IMG/VR virus record: IMGVR_UViG_3300027244_000003
Length of the DNA: 64,000 nucleotides
Reading direction: 5' to 3' (one strand)
Source of the DNA: a virus
Each line of letters opens with the position of its first letter. Positions within the stretch are counted from its first letter, which is position 1. Below the pieces are notes generated by a model, which saw only the letters and a program-made list of their open reading frames with translations, was not told where the DNA came from and searched no databases. Made by a program: the position numbers and the translations under genes. Positions 18,473 to 29,186 of the stretch are shown one piece after another.

Positions 18473-21148
18473 ATGGCATCAATAATTAGAATAAAACGCT
18501 CATCGGTTTCAGGGAATCCAGCTACACTGGGTGCTGGTGAATTAGCGTATTCAGCACTTAATGGGGCTGGTGGTAATCGTCTATACATTGGTATGGGCAC
18601 AGAGACCTCAGGTAATGCTGCTAACCACTTAGTAATCGGTGGTACTTACTACACTGGTTTAATTGACGCATCAGTTGCTGGCACATTAACTACTAGTGCA
18701 TCCTCAATTCCAGTTCTTTCTGCAACTGGTACGATCGATACTTGGAAAGTTGGTAATACTCAATTAACTGGTAACACATTATCATCTACTGACACCAATG
18801 GTAACATTAACCTTACACCAAATGGTACTGGTAAATTAGTTCTTAATAATCCGTACATTAATGGTACGACTGATACTCTTGCTGAGTATATCTTTGATAC
18901 AGTTGGTGGAGCAGTAACTGCTGGTACAGGTATTACTGTAACACCAAGTGATGTTGGTAATACTACTACCATTTCAATAACTAATACTGCGGTAACTCCT
19001 GGAACTTATGGCTCTGCTACTTCGATTCCAACATTCACTGTTAATCAACAAGGTCAATTAACTGCTGCAGGTAGTGCTTCTTTAGCAACTACTTTAAATA
19101 TCGCTGGTGATACTGGTACGTCAGCATTTGCTCTACTAACAGACACCATGACTTTTGTTGGTGGTACTGGTATTACTTCTGTTGTCGCAAAAGTTGGTGC
19201 TGCTACTAGTGTAACTTTTGATATTGATTCAACTGTTACTACTTTAACTGGTACTCAGACACTTACTAATAAGACTTTAACTAGCCCAATAATCAATGGT
19301 GCAACCATTGGTGCTACAGGTGCTACATTTAATGGTTCTACTTCTGGTACAATTACTGTACTTGCATCAGCTGTTGCTGGAACAAATTCATTAACTCTAC
19401 CAGCTGCAACTGATACTTTAGTCGGTAAAGCAACAACTGATACACTTACTAACAAGTCTATCAACTTAGCAAACAATACACTAACTACTACTTCTGCTCA
19501 GTTAGCAACTGCTATCTCTGATGAGACTGGTACTGGTGTTGTTGTATTCTCTAATACTCCAACTCTTGTTACTCCTATTCTTGGTGTTGCTTCTGCTACT
19601 TCTATTAATAAAGTAGCAATTACTGCTCCTGCCACTGGTTCTACTTTAACTATTGCTGATGGTAAAACCTTTACTGCAAGCAATACTTTAACTCTAACTG
19701 GTACTGATACTTCATCTATTGCTTTCGGTGCTGGTGGTACTGTTGCTTATGTAGCAAACAAACTAAGCGTATTTGCTGCCACTACTTCTGCTGAACTTGC
19801 TGGCGTTATCTCTGATGAGACTGGTACTGGTGTTCTAGTATTCTCTAACAGCCCAACTCTAGTTACTCCAACTCTTGGTGCTGCTTTAGCAACTAGCATT
19901 ACTGCCACTTCTGGCAATATGACTGTTAATGCTGCAGCTGGTAATAACAGTGTAAACTTAGTTGCAACTGGTACTGGTACTGTTGACGTTGCCAACAAGC
20001 GTATTACTTCTGTTGCTGAGCCTACTCAGTCTAGCGATGCTGCTACTAAGAACTACGTTGATGCTGTTAAGACTGGTCTAAAAGTTAAAGATGCTGTTCG
20101 TGCTGCAACTACTGCAAACCTAGCTGCAACATATGCTAACGGATCTTCTGGTGTTGGTGCTACATTAACTAACTCTGGATCTCAAGCTGCCTTTACAATT
20201 GATTCGATCGTATTAACTGCTGGACAACGAGTTCTTGTTAAAGATCAATCAACTGCCTTCCAAAATGGTATCTATACAGTAACAACTGTTGGTACTGTTT
20301 CTACAAACTGGGTTCTTACTCGTGCTATTGACAATGATAGTAATGTCACTGTTCTAGAAGTTGAAGGTGGAGATTTCTGTTTCGTTCAAGAAGGTACAGT
20401 AAACGCTGATAATGGTTTCGTTGTAACTACTAATGGATCTATTACAATTGGTACTACTGGAATTGACTATGTTCAATTCTCTGGTGCTGGACAAGTTATC
20501 GCTGGTGATGGTTTAACTAAGACTGGCAATACTCTAAACGCAGTTGGTACTAATAACCGTATCTCTATTTCTGCTGATGCGATTGACATCTCTTCAAGTT
20601 ATGTTGGTCAAGCAACTATTACTACTCTTGGTACTATCGCAACTGGTACTTGGCAAGGTACTATCGTTGGTTCAACTTATGGTGGTACTGGTGTTAATAA
20701 TGGATCTAGCACTATTACACTTGGTGGTAGTTTAAGCACTATCGGTGCGTTTACTACTGCGTTAACTGCAACTGCTAATACTACATTAACACTACCTGTT
20801 ACTGGCACTCTTGCTACACTAGCTGGTACTGAAACATTTACTAACAAAACTTTAACTGCTCCAGTTATCGCAACTATTGTTAATACTGGTACTTTAACAC
20901 TACCAACTTCAACTGATACTTTAGTTGGTCGTGCCACTACTGATACACTTACTAATAAAACAATCACTGGTGCGATAATCACTACTGGTAGTATTAACAA
21001 TACTCCAATCGGTGCCACTACTACAAACACTGGTGCGTTCACTACATTAAATGCAAGTGGTACTATTACTGCTCAAGGTAATATTACTGGTGCTGGTGCT
21101 GGTACTTCTACTCTCGATGGATTCAATATCGATGGTGGTACGTACTAA
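18473..21148 (+). CDS. Long tail fibre-like protein (891 aa)
   Basis: IRIKRSS...GELAY N-terminus; TLTNKT repeats; ISDETGTGxxVFSNxPTLVTP x2; DAATKNYVD; RVLVKDQ...QNGIY; ends IDGGTY. Confidence 0.75.
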   Translation: MASIIRIKRSSVSGNPATLGAGELAYSALNGAGGNRLYIGMGTETSGNAANHLVIGGTYYTGLIDASVAGTLTTSASSIPVLSATGTIDTWKVGNTQLTGNTLSSTDTNGNINLTPNGTGKLVLNNPYINGTTDTLAEYIFDTVGGAVTAGTGITVTPSDVGNTTTISITNTAVTPGTYGSATSIPTFTVNQQGQLTAAGSASLATTLNIAGDTGTSAFALLTDTMTFVGGTGITSVVAKVGAATSVTFDIDSTVTTLTGTQTLTNKTLTSPIINGATIGATGATFNGSTSGTITVLASAVAGTNSLTLPAATDTLVGKATTDTLTNKSINLANNTLTTTSAQLATAISDETGTGVVVFSNTPTLVTPILGVASATSINKVAITAPATGSTLTIADGKTFTASNTLTLTGTDTSSIAFGAGGTVAYVANKLSVFAATTSAELAGVISDETGTGVLVFSNSPTLVTPTLGAALATSITATSGNMTVNAAAGNNSVNLVATGTGTVDVANKRITSVAEPTQSSDAATKNYVDAVKTGLKVKDAVRAATTANLAATYANGSSGVGATLTNSGSQAAFTIDSIVLTAGQRVLVKDQSTAFQNGIYTVTTVGTVSTNWVLTRAIDNDSNVTVLEVEGGDFCFVQEGTVNADNGFVVTTNGSITIGTTGIDYVQFSGAGQVIAGDGLTKTGNTLNAVGTNNRISISADAIDISSSYVGQATITTLGTIATGTWQGTIVGSTYGGTGVNNGSSTITLGGSLSTIGAFTTALTATANTTLTLPVTGTLATLAGTETFTNKTLTAPVIATIVNTGTLTLPTSTDTLVGRATTDTLTNKTITGAIITTGSINNTPIGATTTNTGAFTTLNASGTITAQGNITGAGAGTSTLDGFNIDGGTY

Positions 21149-21185
21149 CTAAATATAGTATAATACTGGGGATTCTTATCCCCAG
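21149..21185 (+). promoter_or_regulatory. Late promoter box CTAAATA followed by hairpin
   Basis: CTAAATA at 21149-21155; CTGGGGAT-TCTT-ATCCCCAG at 21166-21185. Confidence 0.55.
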
Positions 21186-21206
21186 ATAACCTTTTTAGGA
21201 AGATGA

Positions 21207-21983
21207 ATGAGTAATCAAATCATACTCAAGAAATCATCTGTTGGAGCAAAAGTTCCAGTTGCAGGTGATTTGGCATACGGTGAATTGGCATTAAACTATG
21301 CTGATGGTAAACTGTATTTCAAAAACTCTTCCAATGCAATTCAATCGTTCTCAAACGATTCGAATAATGCATCAAATGTTACCTTAACTGGTACACAAAC
21401 CCTAACAAACAAAACAATCGCTTTTGGTAGTAATACTATTAGTGGAACAACAGCACAGTTTAATACAGCATTAACTGATGGCGATTTTGCTACGTTAGCT
21501 GGCACTGAAACCCTAACAAATAAAACTTTAACATCTCCAAGTCTTAGTGGTACAGTTGCATTAACTTCTACTACGCTACTTTCTATTAATGGTAGTACTG
21601 GAAGTTCTGGACAATTCCTTGCACGTGGACCAACTGGTCTTACTTGGACAGCAGCACCCAGTCCAGCACTATCAACATTAAGTGATGTTGCGATTAGTGG
21701 ACCAACAGCACAACAAGTTTTAACATATACAGGTTCCGCATGGATTAACGCTGATTCAAATGCAGTTGTTGCTTCTGCGGTTTTTGCCACTTCTCAATCA
21801 GATCTTGGATACGTCTATGATGGTAACGTAACTATCACAGAAGAGTTAGGTACAATTACTGAAATTGCCAACAGTATTTACGATTTGGGTGTACTAAGTT
21901 TTACAGGTATTATCTCATTAAACAACATAGACCAATCGATCAAATCAGATTATCTTGGTTACTCTATTATTTTCGGATTCTAA
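21207..21983 (+). CDS. Tail fibre-like protein (258 aa)
   Basis: IILKKSS...GELALNYADGKLYFKN N-terminus; TLTNKT repeats. Confidence 0.65.
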   Translation: MSNQIILKKSSVGAKVPVAGDLAYGELALNYADGKLYFKNSSNAIQSFSNDSNNASNVTLTGTQTLTNKTIAFGSNTISGTTAQFNTALTDGDFATLAGTETLTNKTLTSPSLSGTVALTSTTLLSINGSTGSSGQFLARGPTGLTWTAAPSPALSTLSDVAISGPTAQQVLTYTGSAWINADSNAVVASAVFATSQSDLGYVYDGNVTITEELGTITEIANSIYDLGVLSFTGIISLNNIDQSIKSDYLGYSIIFGF

Positions 21984-21992
21984 GGATATACA

Positions 21993-24869
21993 ATGGCACG
22001 TCAGTTAATTGAAAAATACATCTTCTCTCCAAATGCAGCAGGATATGGTACAGTAAAATTTCCTGGTAAAGTTGATTTAACTCAACTTTTGATTATTGCA
22101 AATAAAACTCAACAAACAAACGTCTATGCGATTGGTGACCCTACTAAGAATGGTACAATCGTATATGATCCAGATGATGTTACTTTTATGGGTAGCACAG
22201 CACAGTATTCTGAACAGGTTGGTGCAAGTACTGTAACATTCGCAGCTGATACTGCTTCAATGTTATCTACTGATAAAATTGCTATCTATACTGATGCGCC
22301 AAAACAAATTGGTAACATCGTTCGTCCTTACGCATTCGGTGTTGATGCTATTGAACGCCAGAGGGTGGCAATGCCCCAAGCGTTAATTGACGCTGACTTT
22401 GAGTATGGATTACAACCAACTAAATGGCAGAACTATTCTGACATTCGTGGTATTCCAGGTATTTACGAAAAACCTGGACTTGACTTGTTCATGACTAACA
22501 TTACTTCAGATGGTGGTAATCCATCTGTTATGACAGTTACATGTTCACAGGCGCATGGACTTTCTGTGGCTCAGCCAGTTATTATCTTCGGTACTGCTGG
22601 TGTATCAAATGCTGCTCGTGCTGAAGGTGCTTTCGTTGTAACAGCTGTGCCAACTTCTACTACCTTTACATTCTTTGCTAAAGGTATTGTTGGAACTAAT
22701 GGATCTTCTATTTGGAATCAGTCTACATATGCTCGTCGTGGTGGCTTTTATGCTGGTGCTGGTCTACCAATCACTGGATATGTTTCTAATGCAGCATCTC
22801 CTTCTATCATTACTGTAACATGTTCTGCCAACCATGGTTTAGTGGCTGGTGCTCCAATCGTTAACATTGTTACTTCTTCTGGAGTATATCATGACCTAAT
22901 GGGTGGTAACTTCTTCGTTGAATCAGTTCCCACTGGAAATACATTTACATTTACTGCTCGAGTTGGTGGAGCAGTAGCAAATGCGTCTATCGTAGCTACA
23001 ACATATACTCGTTCTGATGCTTATGTTCAACACAGACCATTCGATGGTGGTGTTAACATTGGTACATTCTTACCGTCTCATGGTGCATCTGTTTCTCGTC
23101 AAACTAAAAAATATATGCGTTACCAATCTGGTAAAGGTATGCTCTGGACTTCAGGTGTTCTGTTTAATCCAGTTATGAACTTAGACCAAATTTCTGCAGC
23201 AGCAACTTCTGTTGGTTCATTAATTACAGTATCCACTGAAATTGACCATGGTCTACAGGCTGGCGCAACTATTCAAATTGCTGGTGTTGTTACTTCTGGT
23301 TATAATGGTACATATGGTGTAGGAACTATTGTTAATGAATCGTCATTTACAGTTAATGCTATTCAGACTCTTGGTTCTACTTCTGCTGTTATTACTAATC
23401 TACCACGTGTTACTGTTAAAAATTGGATTGGTGCTTCTACTCGATGCGGTCCATTTGATGATCAAAATGGATTATTCTGGGAATTTGATGGTCAAGAATT
23501 AGCAGTCGTTAAGAGATCTGCGACTTATCAGTTATCAGGATTCGTTGCTGTAACTGCTGGTTCACAATCTGTTGCTGGAACTAACTGTCGTTTTACTCAA
23601 CAATTAAAAGTTGGTGATTCTATCGTTATTCGTGGTATGACATATCGTGTTGGTTCTATTACTGATGATAACACTATGTCTATCAATCCAGAATACCGTG
23701 GTGTTAATAATTCATCTGGTATTAAAATTGCTCACGTAATTGATACTCGCATTCCACAATCACAATTTAATTTTGATAAGATCGATGGTACTGGTATCTC
23801 TGGTTACAATATTAACCTAAACAAAATGCAGATGTTGGGGATTTCATTCTCATGGTATGGTGCTGGTTTTATTGACTTTATAGTTCGTGGTGGTGATGGT
23901 AATATGATTCAAGTTCATCGCATGAAACAGAATAACGTAAATGATGAAGCATATATGCGCACAGGTAATACTACTGTTCGTTATCAAGCGATTAACGAAT
24001 CTGCTAGAGATCGTTTGGCTGCAACTATGACAAACAGTCAAACAAGCATGACATTAGTAGATGCATCAAGATTTCCATCTACTGGTGGCATTGTATTAGT
24101 TGATAGTGAATACATTTCATTTACTGGTAAAGCAGGTAATGTATTAACTGGACTAACTCGAGCAGCAACATTCTCTATGTTCGTTGGTGGATCTACTAAA
24201 ACATTCTCTGGTGGTGCAGCTGCAGTTCATGCTGTTGGTAATGGATTTAACTCAGTGACTCTTATTAGTTGCACTTGCTCTCCAATTATCAATCACTGGG
24301 GTTCTTCATATATTATGGATGGTAACTTTGATACAGATCGTGGTTATTATTTTAACTACGCTGCAACTGGAATTGCATTAACATCTGGTCAAACTAAAAC
24401 TGCATTCTTCTTAAGACTTGCACCGTCCGTATCAAACTCAATTGCTGGTCAATTTGGAGATCGAGATCTTATTAATCGTTCACAATTATTACTACAGCAA
24501 TTACAAATTCAATCAGATCAGTCAGTACAGGTTTACGGCATTTTAAATCCAGGTAATATTGATGCGTCATCATTAACTTGGACAGCGGTTAATACTACTG
24601 CTCTTGGTTCTCAACCTTCGTTCGCTCAAGTTTCTACAAGTAGTTCAACTACTGCATCTCCAGGAGAACAAAACTTTAGTACGTTGGGTCAACCAGCTGG
24701 ATTTGCGCAGATTGACTTATCAAACCTTAAAGAATTAACAAACTCAGCAATTGGTGGTTACTCAAATTATCCAGATGGTCCAGACGTCTTAGCAGTTGTT
24801 GTTAAAAATCTAACTACCAATACTGCTACTGCCAATATTAACCTATTCTGGTCAGAAGCACAAGCCTAA
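21993..24869 (+). CDS. Large virion structural protein (958 aa)
   Basis: LIDADFEYGLQPTKW, repeated T..HGL domains, RQTKKYMRYQSGKG and WYGAG motifs typical of T4-like tail-region proteins. Confidence 0.65.
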   Translation: MARQLIEKYIFSPNAAGYGTVKFPGKVDLTQLLIIANKTQQTNVYAIGDPTKNGTIVYDPDDVTFMGSTAQYSEQVGASTVTFAADTASMLSTDKIAIYTDAPKQIGNIVRPYAFGVDAIERQRVAMPQALIDADFEYGLQPTKWQNYSDIRGIPGIYEKPGLDLFMTNITSDGGNPSVMTVTCSQAHGLSVAQPVIIFGTAGVSNAARAEGAFVVTAVPTSTTFTFFAKGIVGTNGSSIWNQSTYARRGGFYAGAGLPITGYVSNAASPSIITVTCSANHGLVAGAPIVNIVTSSGVYHDLMGGNFFVESVPTGNTFTFTARVGGAVANASIVATTYTRSDAYVQHRPFDGGVNIGTFLPSHGASVSRQTKKYMRYQSGKGMLWTSGVLFNPVMNLDQISAAATSVGSLITVSTEIDHGLQAGATIQIAGVVTSGYNGTYGVGTIVNESSFTVNAIQTLGSTSAVITNLPRVTVKNWIGASTRCGPFDDQNGLFWEFDGQELAVVKRSATYQLSGFVAVTAGSQSVAGTNCRFTQQLKVGDSIVIRGMTYRVGSITDDNTMSINPEYRGVNNSSGIKIAHVIDTRIPQSQFNFDKIDGTGISGYNINLNKMQMLGISFSWYGAGFIDFIVRGGDGNMIQVHRMKQNNVNDEAYMRTGNTTVRYQAINESARDRLAATMTNSQTSMTLVDASRFPSTGGIVLVDSEYISFTGKAGNVLTGLTRAATFSMFVGGSTKTFSGGAAAVHAVGNGFNSVTLISCTCSPIINHWGSSYIMDGNFDTDRGYYFNYAATGIALTSGQTKTAFFLRLAPSVSNSIAGQFGDRDLINRSQLLLQQLQIQSDQSVQVYGILNPGNIDASSLTWTAVNTTALGSQPSFAQVSTSSSTTASPGEQNFSTLGQPAGFAQIDLSNLKELTNSAIGGYSNYPDGPDVLAVVVKNLTTNTATANINLFWSEAQA

Positions 24870-24872
24870 ATA
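24866..24872 (+). promoter_or_regulatory. Late promoter box CTAAATA
   Basis: Overlaps the previous stop, 20 nt upstream of ATG 24893. Confidence 0.5.
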
Positions 24873-24892
24873 TATCGAATTAGAGGAAAACT

Positions 24893-27292
24893 ATGTCAAC
24901 ACAAGTACAATTTAGACGAGGTACAACTACACAAAATAATGCGTTCACTGGAGCGCAGGGTGAATTGTCTGTTGACACCGATCTTAAAACGATTCGTCTA
25001 CACGATGGAACTACCGCAGGTGGTGGTTCCACTATGCTTAATAACATCTCTGCACAAACTGCTTTAAATAAAACATTTAGTACTGGTTCTGTTTGGCAGG
25101 GTAATGCTGTTGGTTTAGGTTATGGTGGTACAGGTTCTGCTCTCAGCCCAGCAGCTGGTGCTGTTCTGTATTCTACTGCCAGTGGTCTTGCTCTTTCTGC
25201 AGCTGGTACTTCTGGTCAAATTCTAGTTTCTGGTGGTGCTGGTGCTCCGACATTCGTTGCTGCTTCTTCTATCGCAGCTGGTACTTCTACTACAGCTGCT
25301 ACTGCTACTAACATCGCTGGCGGTTCTGCTGGTCAGTTAGTTATTCAAGCAGATACAAGTTTATCTACATTCATTACTGCTGGTGCATCAGGTACATTCT
25401 TGCGCTCTGCTGGTGCTGGTTATGCACCTACTTGGGCGACTGCAGACGTAACAATTGGTTCTACTGTTATTGCTCTGGGTAGTTCTTCTACTAGTTTAGC
25501 TGGTATGAATATTATTGCAGCTACTGGTACTAGCCATTGGACACTTCCAGTGGGTACAACTGGTAATCGTCCAGTTTCTCCTGCTGCTGGTATGGTTCGT
25601 TACAACTCTACAATCACTTCGTTCGAGGGTTATTCATCTGGTGCATGGTCTTCTCTTGGTGGTGTATCTTCTGTAGATAAGTTTACATACATTCAAGCAG
25701 AAACTTCTGCCAATGCTTCTAATGGTGATCTAGATTTCTTTGCTGAAGATGCAGCTGGCACTGCTGCCACTCAAGTTGGTCAGTGGAATAGAACTAACCT
25801 TAAAGATTATACTGGTACTTTAGTTGGAACACAAACTACTCAGAATGTCTTTAACGCTACTGCAACAACTGTTAATGCTTTTGGCGCAGCGACTACACTT
25901 TCTCTTGGTGCTGCAAGTGGTACAGCGACTGTTAATAACTCAACAGTAACATTAGCCAATGCTACTGCTCTTAACATTAATGGTGCGTCTCCAGCAATTG
26001 CTACAACTAGTACTACTGCTTCCCTATTCAACTCAACAGTTACTACATTAAATATCGGTGGTGCAGCAACTACTATTTCTATAGGTGCTGCAACTGGCAC
26101 ACTAACAATCAATAATGCAAATACAGTTATTACTGGTAACTTAACTGTAAACGGCACAACTACAACAATTAACTCAACAGTAACTTCTGTTGATGATATT
26201 GAATTTGAATTAGGTTCTGTTGCATCTCCAACTAATGTTACTGCCAATGGCGGTGGTATTCGTCTTAAAGGTACTACCGATAAGACTATTACTTGGGATA
26301 GCACTAATGCTAACTGGACTTCTAGTGAAAACTGGAATCTTGCTACTGGTAAGACATTTAAGATCAACAACGTATCAGTTCTAACTGCTAATGCTGTTCT
26401 TAATGATTCTACTCAAACATCTATTACTGTTGGTGGTTCTGCCACTGCGATTACTCTAGGTGCTAATAGTGGAACATTAACTATTGGTAACCCAACTGTT
26501 GTTGGAACACAAACAACACAAAACTTATTTAATACAGTAGCAACTACTTTAAATATTGGTGGTGCATCGACTGCACTAAACTTAGGTGCATCTACAGGTA
26601 CAGCGACTATCGCTAACCAAACTGTTACATTAAGTAATGCCACTGCATTGAATTTGAATGGCGCTTCTCCTGTAATTGCTACAACTAGTACTACTGCTTC
26701 AGTTTTTAACTCATCAGTTACTACTCTCCATATTGGTAGTGCAGCAACTACACTAGCGATTGGTAATGCCACTTCTGCTACCTTGACTCTTCGTCCAGGA
26801 ACTGTTGTTGGATCTAATACCACTCAGAACTTATATAATACAGTTGCCACTACTTTAAACTTAGGTGGTGCAGCAACTGCACTAAACTTAGGTGCATCTA
26901 CTGGTACTACAACAGTTAACAATGATTTAACAGTTGCCTCTGGTAAAAAGATAGTAATGACTAACATCTACGATATCGTAGCATTTAGTGGTTCAACTTC
27001 TGGAACTGGTGCCACAGCAATAACTACTTTATCTTCTTCTGTGTATCGTTCTGGTAAAGTTGTACTGTCAATCACTAATGGTTCTGTTTATAGAATTATG
27101 GAAATGTTGTTTATGCATGATGGTACTACTGTAACATTTAACGAAAACTACACAGTTGCCAATGAAATGCAAAGTGCAACTACTAATACTACATTTAGTG
27201 GATCTATCTCTGCTGGAACTTTAACGATCTTTGCTACTTGTTCTTCTGGAACTTCTGCAATAAAAGGTCAAGCAACTTTATTCAAGGTATAA
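24893..27292 (+). CDS. Tail fibre protein with Mtd-like N-terminal domain (799 aa)
   Basis: QVQFRRGTT...FTGAQGELSVDTDLKTIRLHDG N-terminus; repeated TTQNLFNTVATTLNxGGAAT. Confidence 0.7.
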   Translation: MSTQVQFRRGTTTQNNAFTGAQGELSVDTDLKTIRLHDGTTAGGGSTMLNNISAQTALNKTFSTGSVWQGNAVGLGYGGTGSALSPAAGAVLYSTASGLALSAAGTSGQILVSGGAGAPTFVAASSIAAGTSTTAATATNIAGGSAGQLVIQADTSLSTFITAGASGTFLRSAGAGYAPTWATADVTIGSTVIALGSSSTSLAGMNIIAATGTSHWTLPVGTTGNRPVSPAAGMVRYNSTITSFEGYSSGAWSSLGGVSSVDKFTYIQAETSANASNGDLDFFAEDAAGTAATQVGQWNRTNLKDYTGTLVGTQTTQNVFNATATTVNAFGAATTLSLGAASGTATVNNSTVTLANATALNINGASPAIATTSTTASLFNSTVTTLNIGGAATTISIGAATGTLTINNANTVITGNLTVNGTTTTINSTVTSVDDIEFELGSVASPTNVTANGGGIRLKGTTDKTITWDSTNANWTSSENWNLATGKTFKINNVSVLTANAVLNDSTQTSITVGGSATAITLGANSGTLTIGNPTVVGTQTTQNLFNTVATTLNIGGASTALNLGASTGTATIANQTVTLSNATALNLNGASPVIATTSTTASVFNSSVTTLHIGSAATTLAIGNATSATLTLRPGTVVGSNTTQNLYNTVATTLNLGGAATALNLGASTGTTTVNNDLTVASGKKIVMTNIYDIVAFSGSTSGTGATAITTLSSSVYRSGKVVLSITNGSVYRIMEMLFMHDGTTVTFNENYTVANEMQSATTNTTFSGSISAGTLTIFATCSSGTSAIKGQATLFKV

Positions 27293-27295
27293 TAT

Positions 27296-28255
27296 ATGGC
27301 AATCCCAACAACTAGAGAAGGTTTAAAACAATACTGTCTCCGTGACTTGGGTGCACCTGTACTCGAAATTAACGTAGATGATGATCAACTAGAAGATCGT
27401 ATTGATGAATCGTTAGATTATTGGAGACAATATCACTATGATGGTATTGAAGAAATTTATTTAAAACAACTTATACGTGCTTCTGAGATCACTCTAACAG
27501 CTAGCGTGGCTGGTACATTTGATACTGGTGAAATAATTACAGGTGTTTCTTCTGGAGCAAAAGCAACAGTTTGTGTAGAATCTCAAAGAAAATCTAATGG
27601 AACATTACTATTAGTTAAAAAGGTCACTGGAACATTTACTGCAGGTGAAGCAATTACTGGTTCTGCTGGACATAATGCTACTCTTAGTTCTATCACTCTA
27701 AGAGAGTACGATAACAAATACATAATTGTCCCAGATTATGTTTGGGGTATAACAGGTATTCTTAACATTGGGCAAGCATCTTCTTCTAAGAATATGTTCG
27801 ACTTGCAATACCAGTTGCGTTTAAATGACTTGTATGATTTAACTTCTACATCAATCATTTATTATACAACTGTGATGCAGCATTTAGACTTACTTGATTG
27901 GACTCTAAATGGTAAAGCAGATTTTAGATTCAATAGACTCCAAGATCGCATGTACTTAGACATTAACTGGGACTCAGATTTATTTCTTGGTGATTACATA
28001 ATCATTAAAGGATATCGTGCAATGGATCCTACCACTTGGTCTAAAGTTTGGAACGAGACTTGGCTAAAGAAATATACATCTGCATTGTTTAAGAAACAAT
28101 GGGGAACAAACCTTAAGAAATTCAAAGGTATTCAACTTCCAGGTGGAGTTGTTTTAGATGGCGATACACTATACCAAGAAGCAATTGCAGAAATACAGAT
28201 GTTAGAACAAGATTTAATTACCAAGTCTGCGCCACTAAACTTCATAATGGGCTAA
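27296..28255 (+). CDS. gp13: Neck protein gp13
   Basis: LKQYCLRDLGAPVLEINVDDDQ, KQWGTNLKKF and LPGGV motifs. Confidence 0.9.
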   Translation: MAIPTTREGLKQYCLRDLGAPVLEINVDDDQLEDRIDESLDYWRQYHYDGIEEIYLKQLIRASEITLTASVAGTFDTGEIITGVSSGAKATVCVESQRKSNGTLLLVKKVTGTFTAGEAITGSAGHNATLSSITLREYDNKYIIVPDYVWGITGILNIGQASSSKNMFDLQYQLRLNDLYDLTSTSIIYYTTVMQHLDLLDWTLNGKADFRFNRLQDRMYLDINWDSDLFLGDYIIIKGYRAMDPTTWSKVWNETWLKKYTSALFKKQWGTNLKKFKGIQLPGGVVLDGDTLYQEAIAEIQMLEQDLITKSAPLNFIMG

Positions 28256-28256
28256 A

Positions 28257-29186
28257 ATGTCAACAACAAATGTTTATTTCTCTCAGGGAACTAAAAACGA
28301 ACAGTTCCTAATTGAGGATTTGATCATAGAATCGTTACGTATTTACGGTAACGAAGTTATGTACATCCCTAGAACTTTGGTTTCTAAGGATAATATTCTT
28401 GGTGAAGATCGTCTCTCTCAATTTAAGTCTGCATTTCCTATTGAAATGTACTTCGAGAACGTAGACTCGTTTGCAGGACAAGGTGCTTTTATTCAGAAGT
28501 TTGGTTTAATGATTGAACAATCTGCCACTCTGGTATGCGCACGTAGAAGATGGGAACAGTTTGTTGGGCGCTATGGAGTAACTACAATTCCAAGTCGCCC
28601 AAACGAAGGTGATTTGATTTACTTCCCACTATCAAAGGGGTTGTTTGAAATCAAATTTGTTCAACATCAAGATCCATTTTATCAACTTGGTAAACTTTAT
28701 GTTTACAAACTGCAAATTGAATTGTTTCAATATGCTTCTGAGTTTATCGATACTGGTATACCTGCTGTAGATGCATTCGAATCTCTAAAATCATTCACAA
28801 CTAATACTACCAGAAGTTCTCGTGGTGAGGTTGTTAGTATCACTATGACCAATCTTGGATCTGGATATACTTCTGTTCCGACAGTTTCATTTGTTAGTGG
28901 AAGTGGTTCTGGTGCTACTGCTACAGCAATTAGGGGAACCTCTGGAGCAAACCTTAATAAAATTACAGGTGTGACTATTACAAATGGTGGTACTGGTTAT
29001 CAAAGTGCTCCAGTCGTACAATTTACTGGAGGTGGTGGAATTGGTGCTCAAGCAACTGCTACTATCGAGACTAATATAGACAAAGCAGCAGACTCTTTCG
29101 CTGACAATAATTCATTCAAGAAAGAATCTGTTAATGTTATTAATTTTGATGAATCAAATCCATTCGGTGAAATAAACAATGCTTAA
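28257..29186 (+). CDS. gp14: Neck protein gp14 (with Gly-rich insertion)
   Basis: YIPR, PIEMY, RPNEGDLIYFP and PFYQLGK motifs; ends FDESNPFG. Confidence 0.9.
   Translation: MSTTNVYFSQGTKNEQFLIEDLIIESLRIYGNEVMYIPRTLVSKDNILGEDRLSQFKSAFPIEMYFENVDSFAGQGAFIQKFGLMIEQSATLVCARRRWEQFVGRYGVTTIPSRPNEGDLIYFPLSKGLFEIKFVQHQDPFYQLGKLYVYKLQIELFQYASEFIDTGIPAVDAFESLKSFTTNTTRSSRGEVVSITMTNLGSGYTSVPTVSFVSGSGSGATATAIRGTSGANLNKITGVTITNGGTGYQSAPVVQFTGGGGIGAQATATIETNIDKAADSFADNNSFKKESVNVINFDESNPFGEINNA

Noticed and set aside
24893-27292. Diversity-generating retroelement target (Mtd-like N-terminus)
   Set aside because: No reverse transcriptase, no template/variable repeat pair and no C-type lectin tip seen in the window
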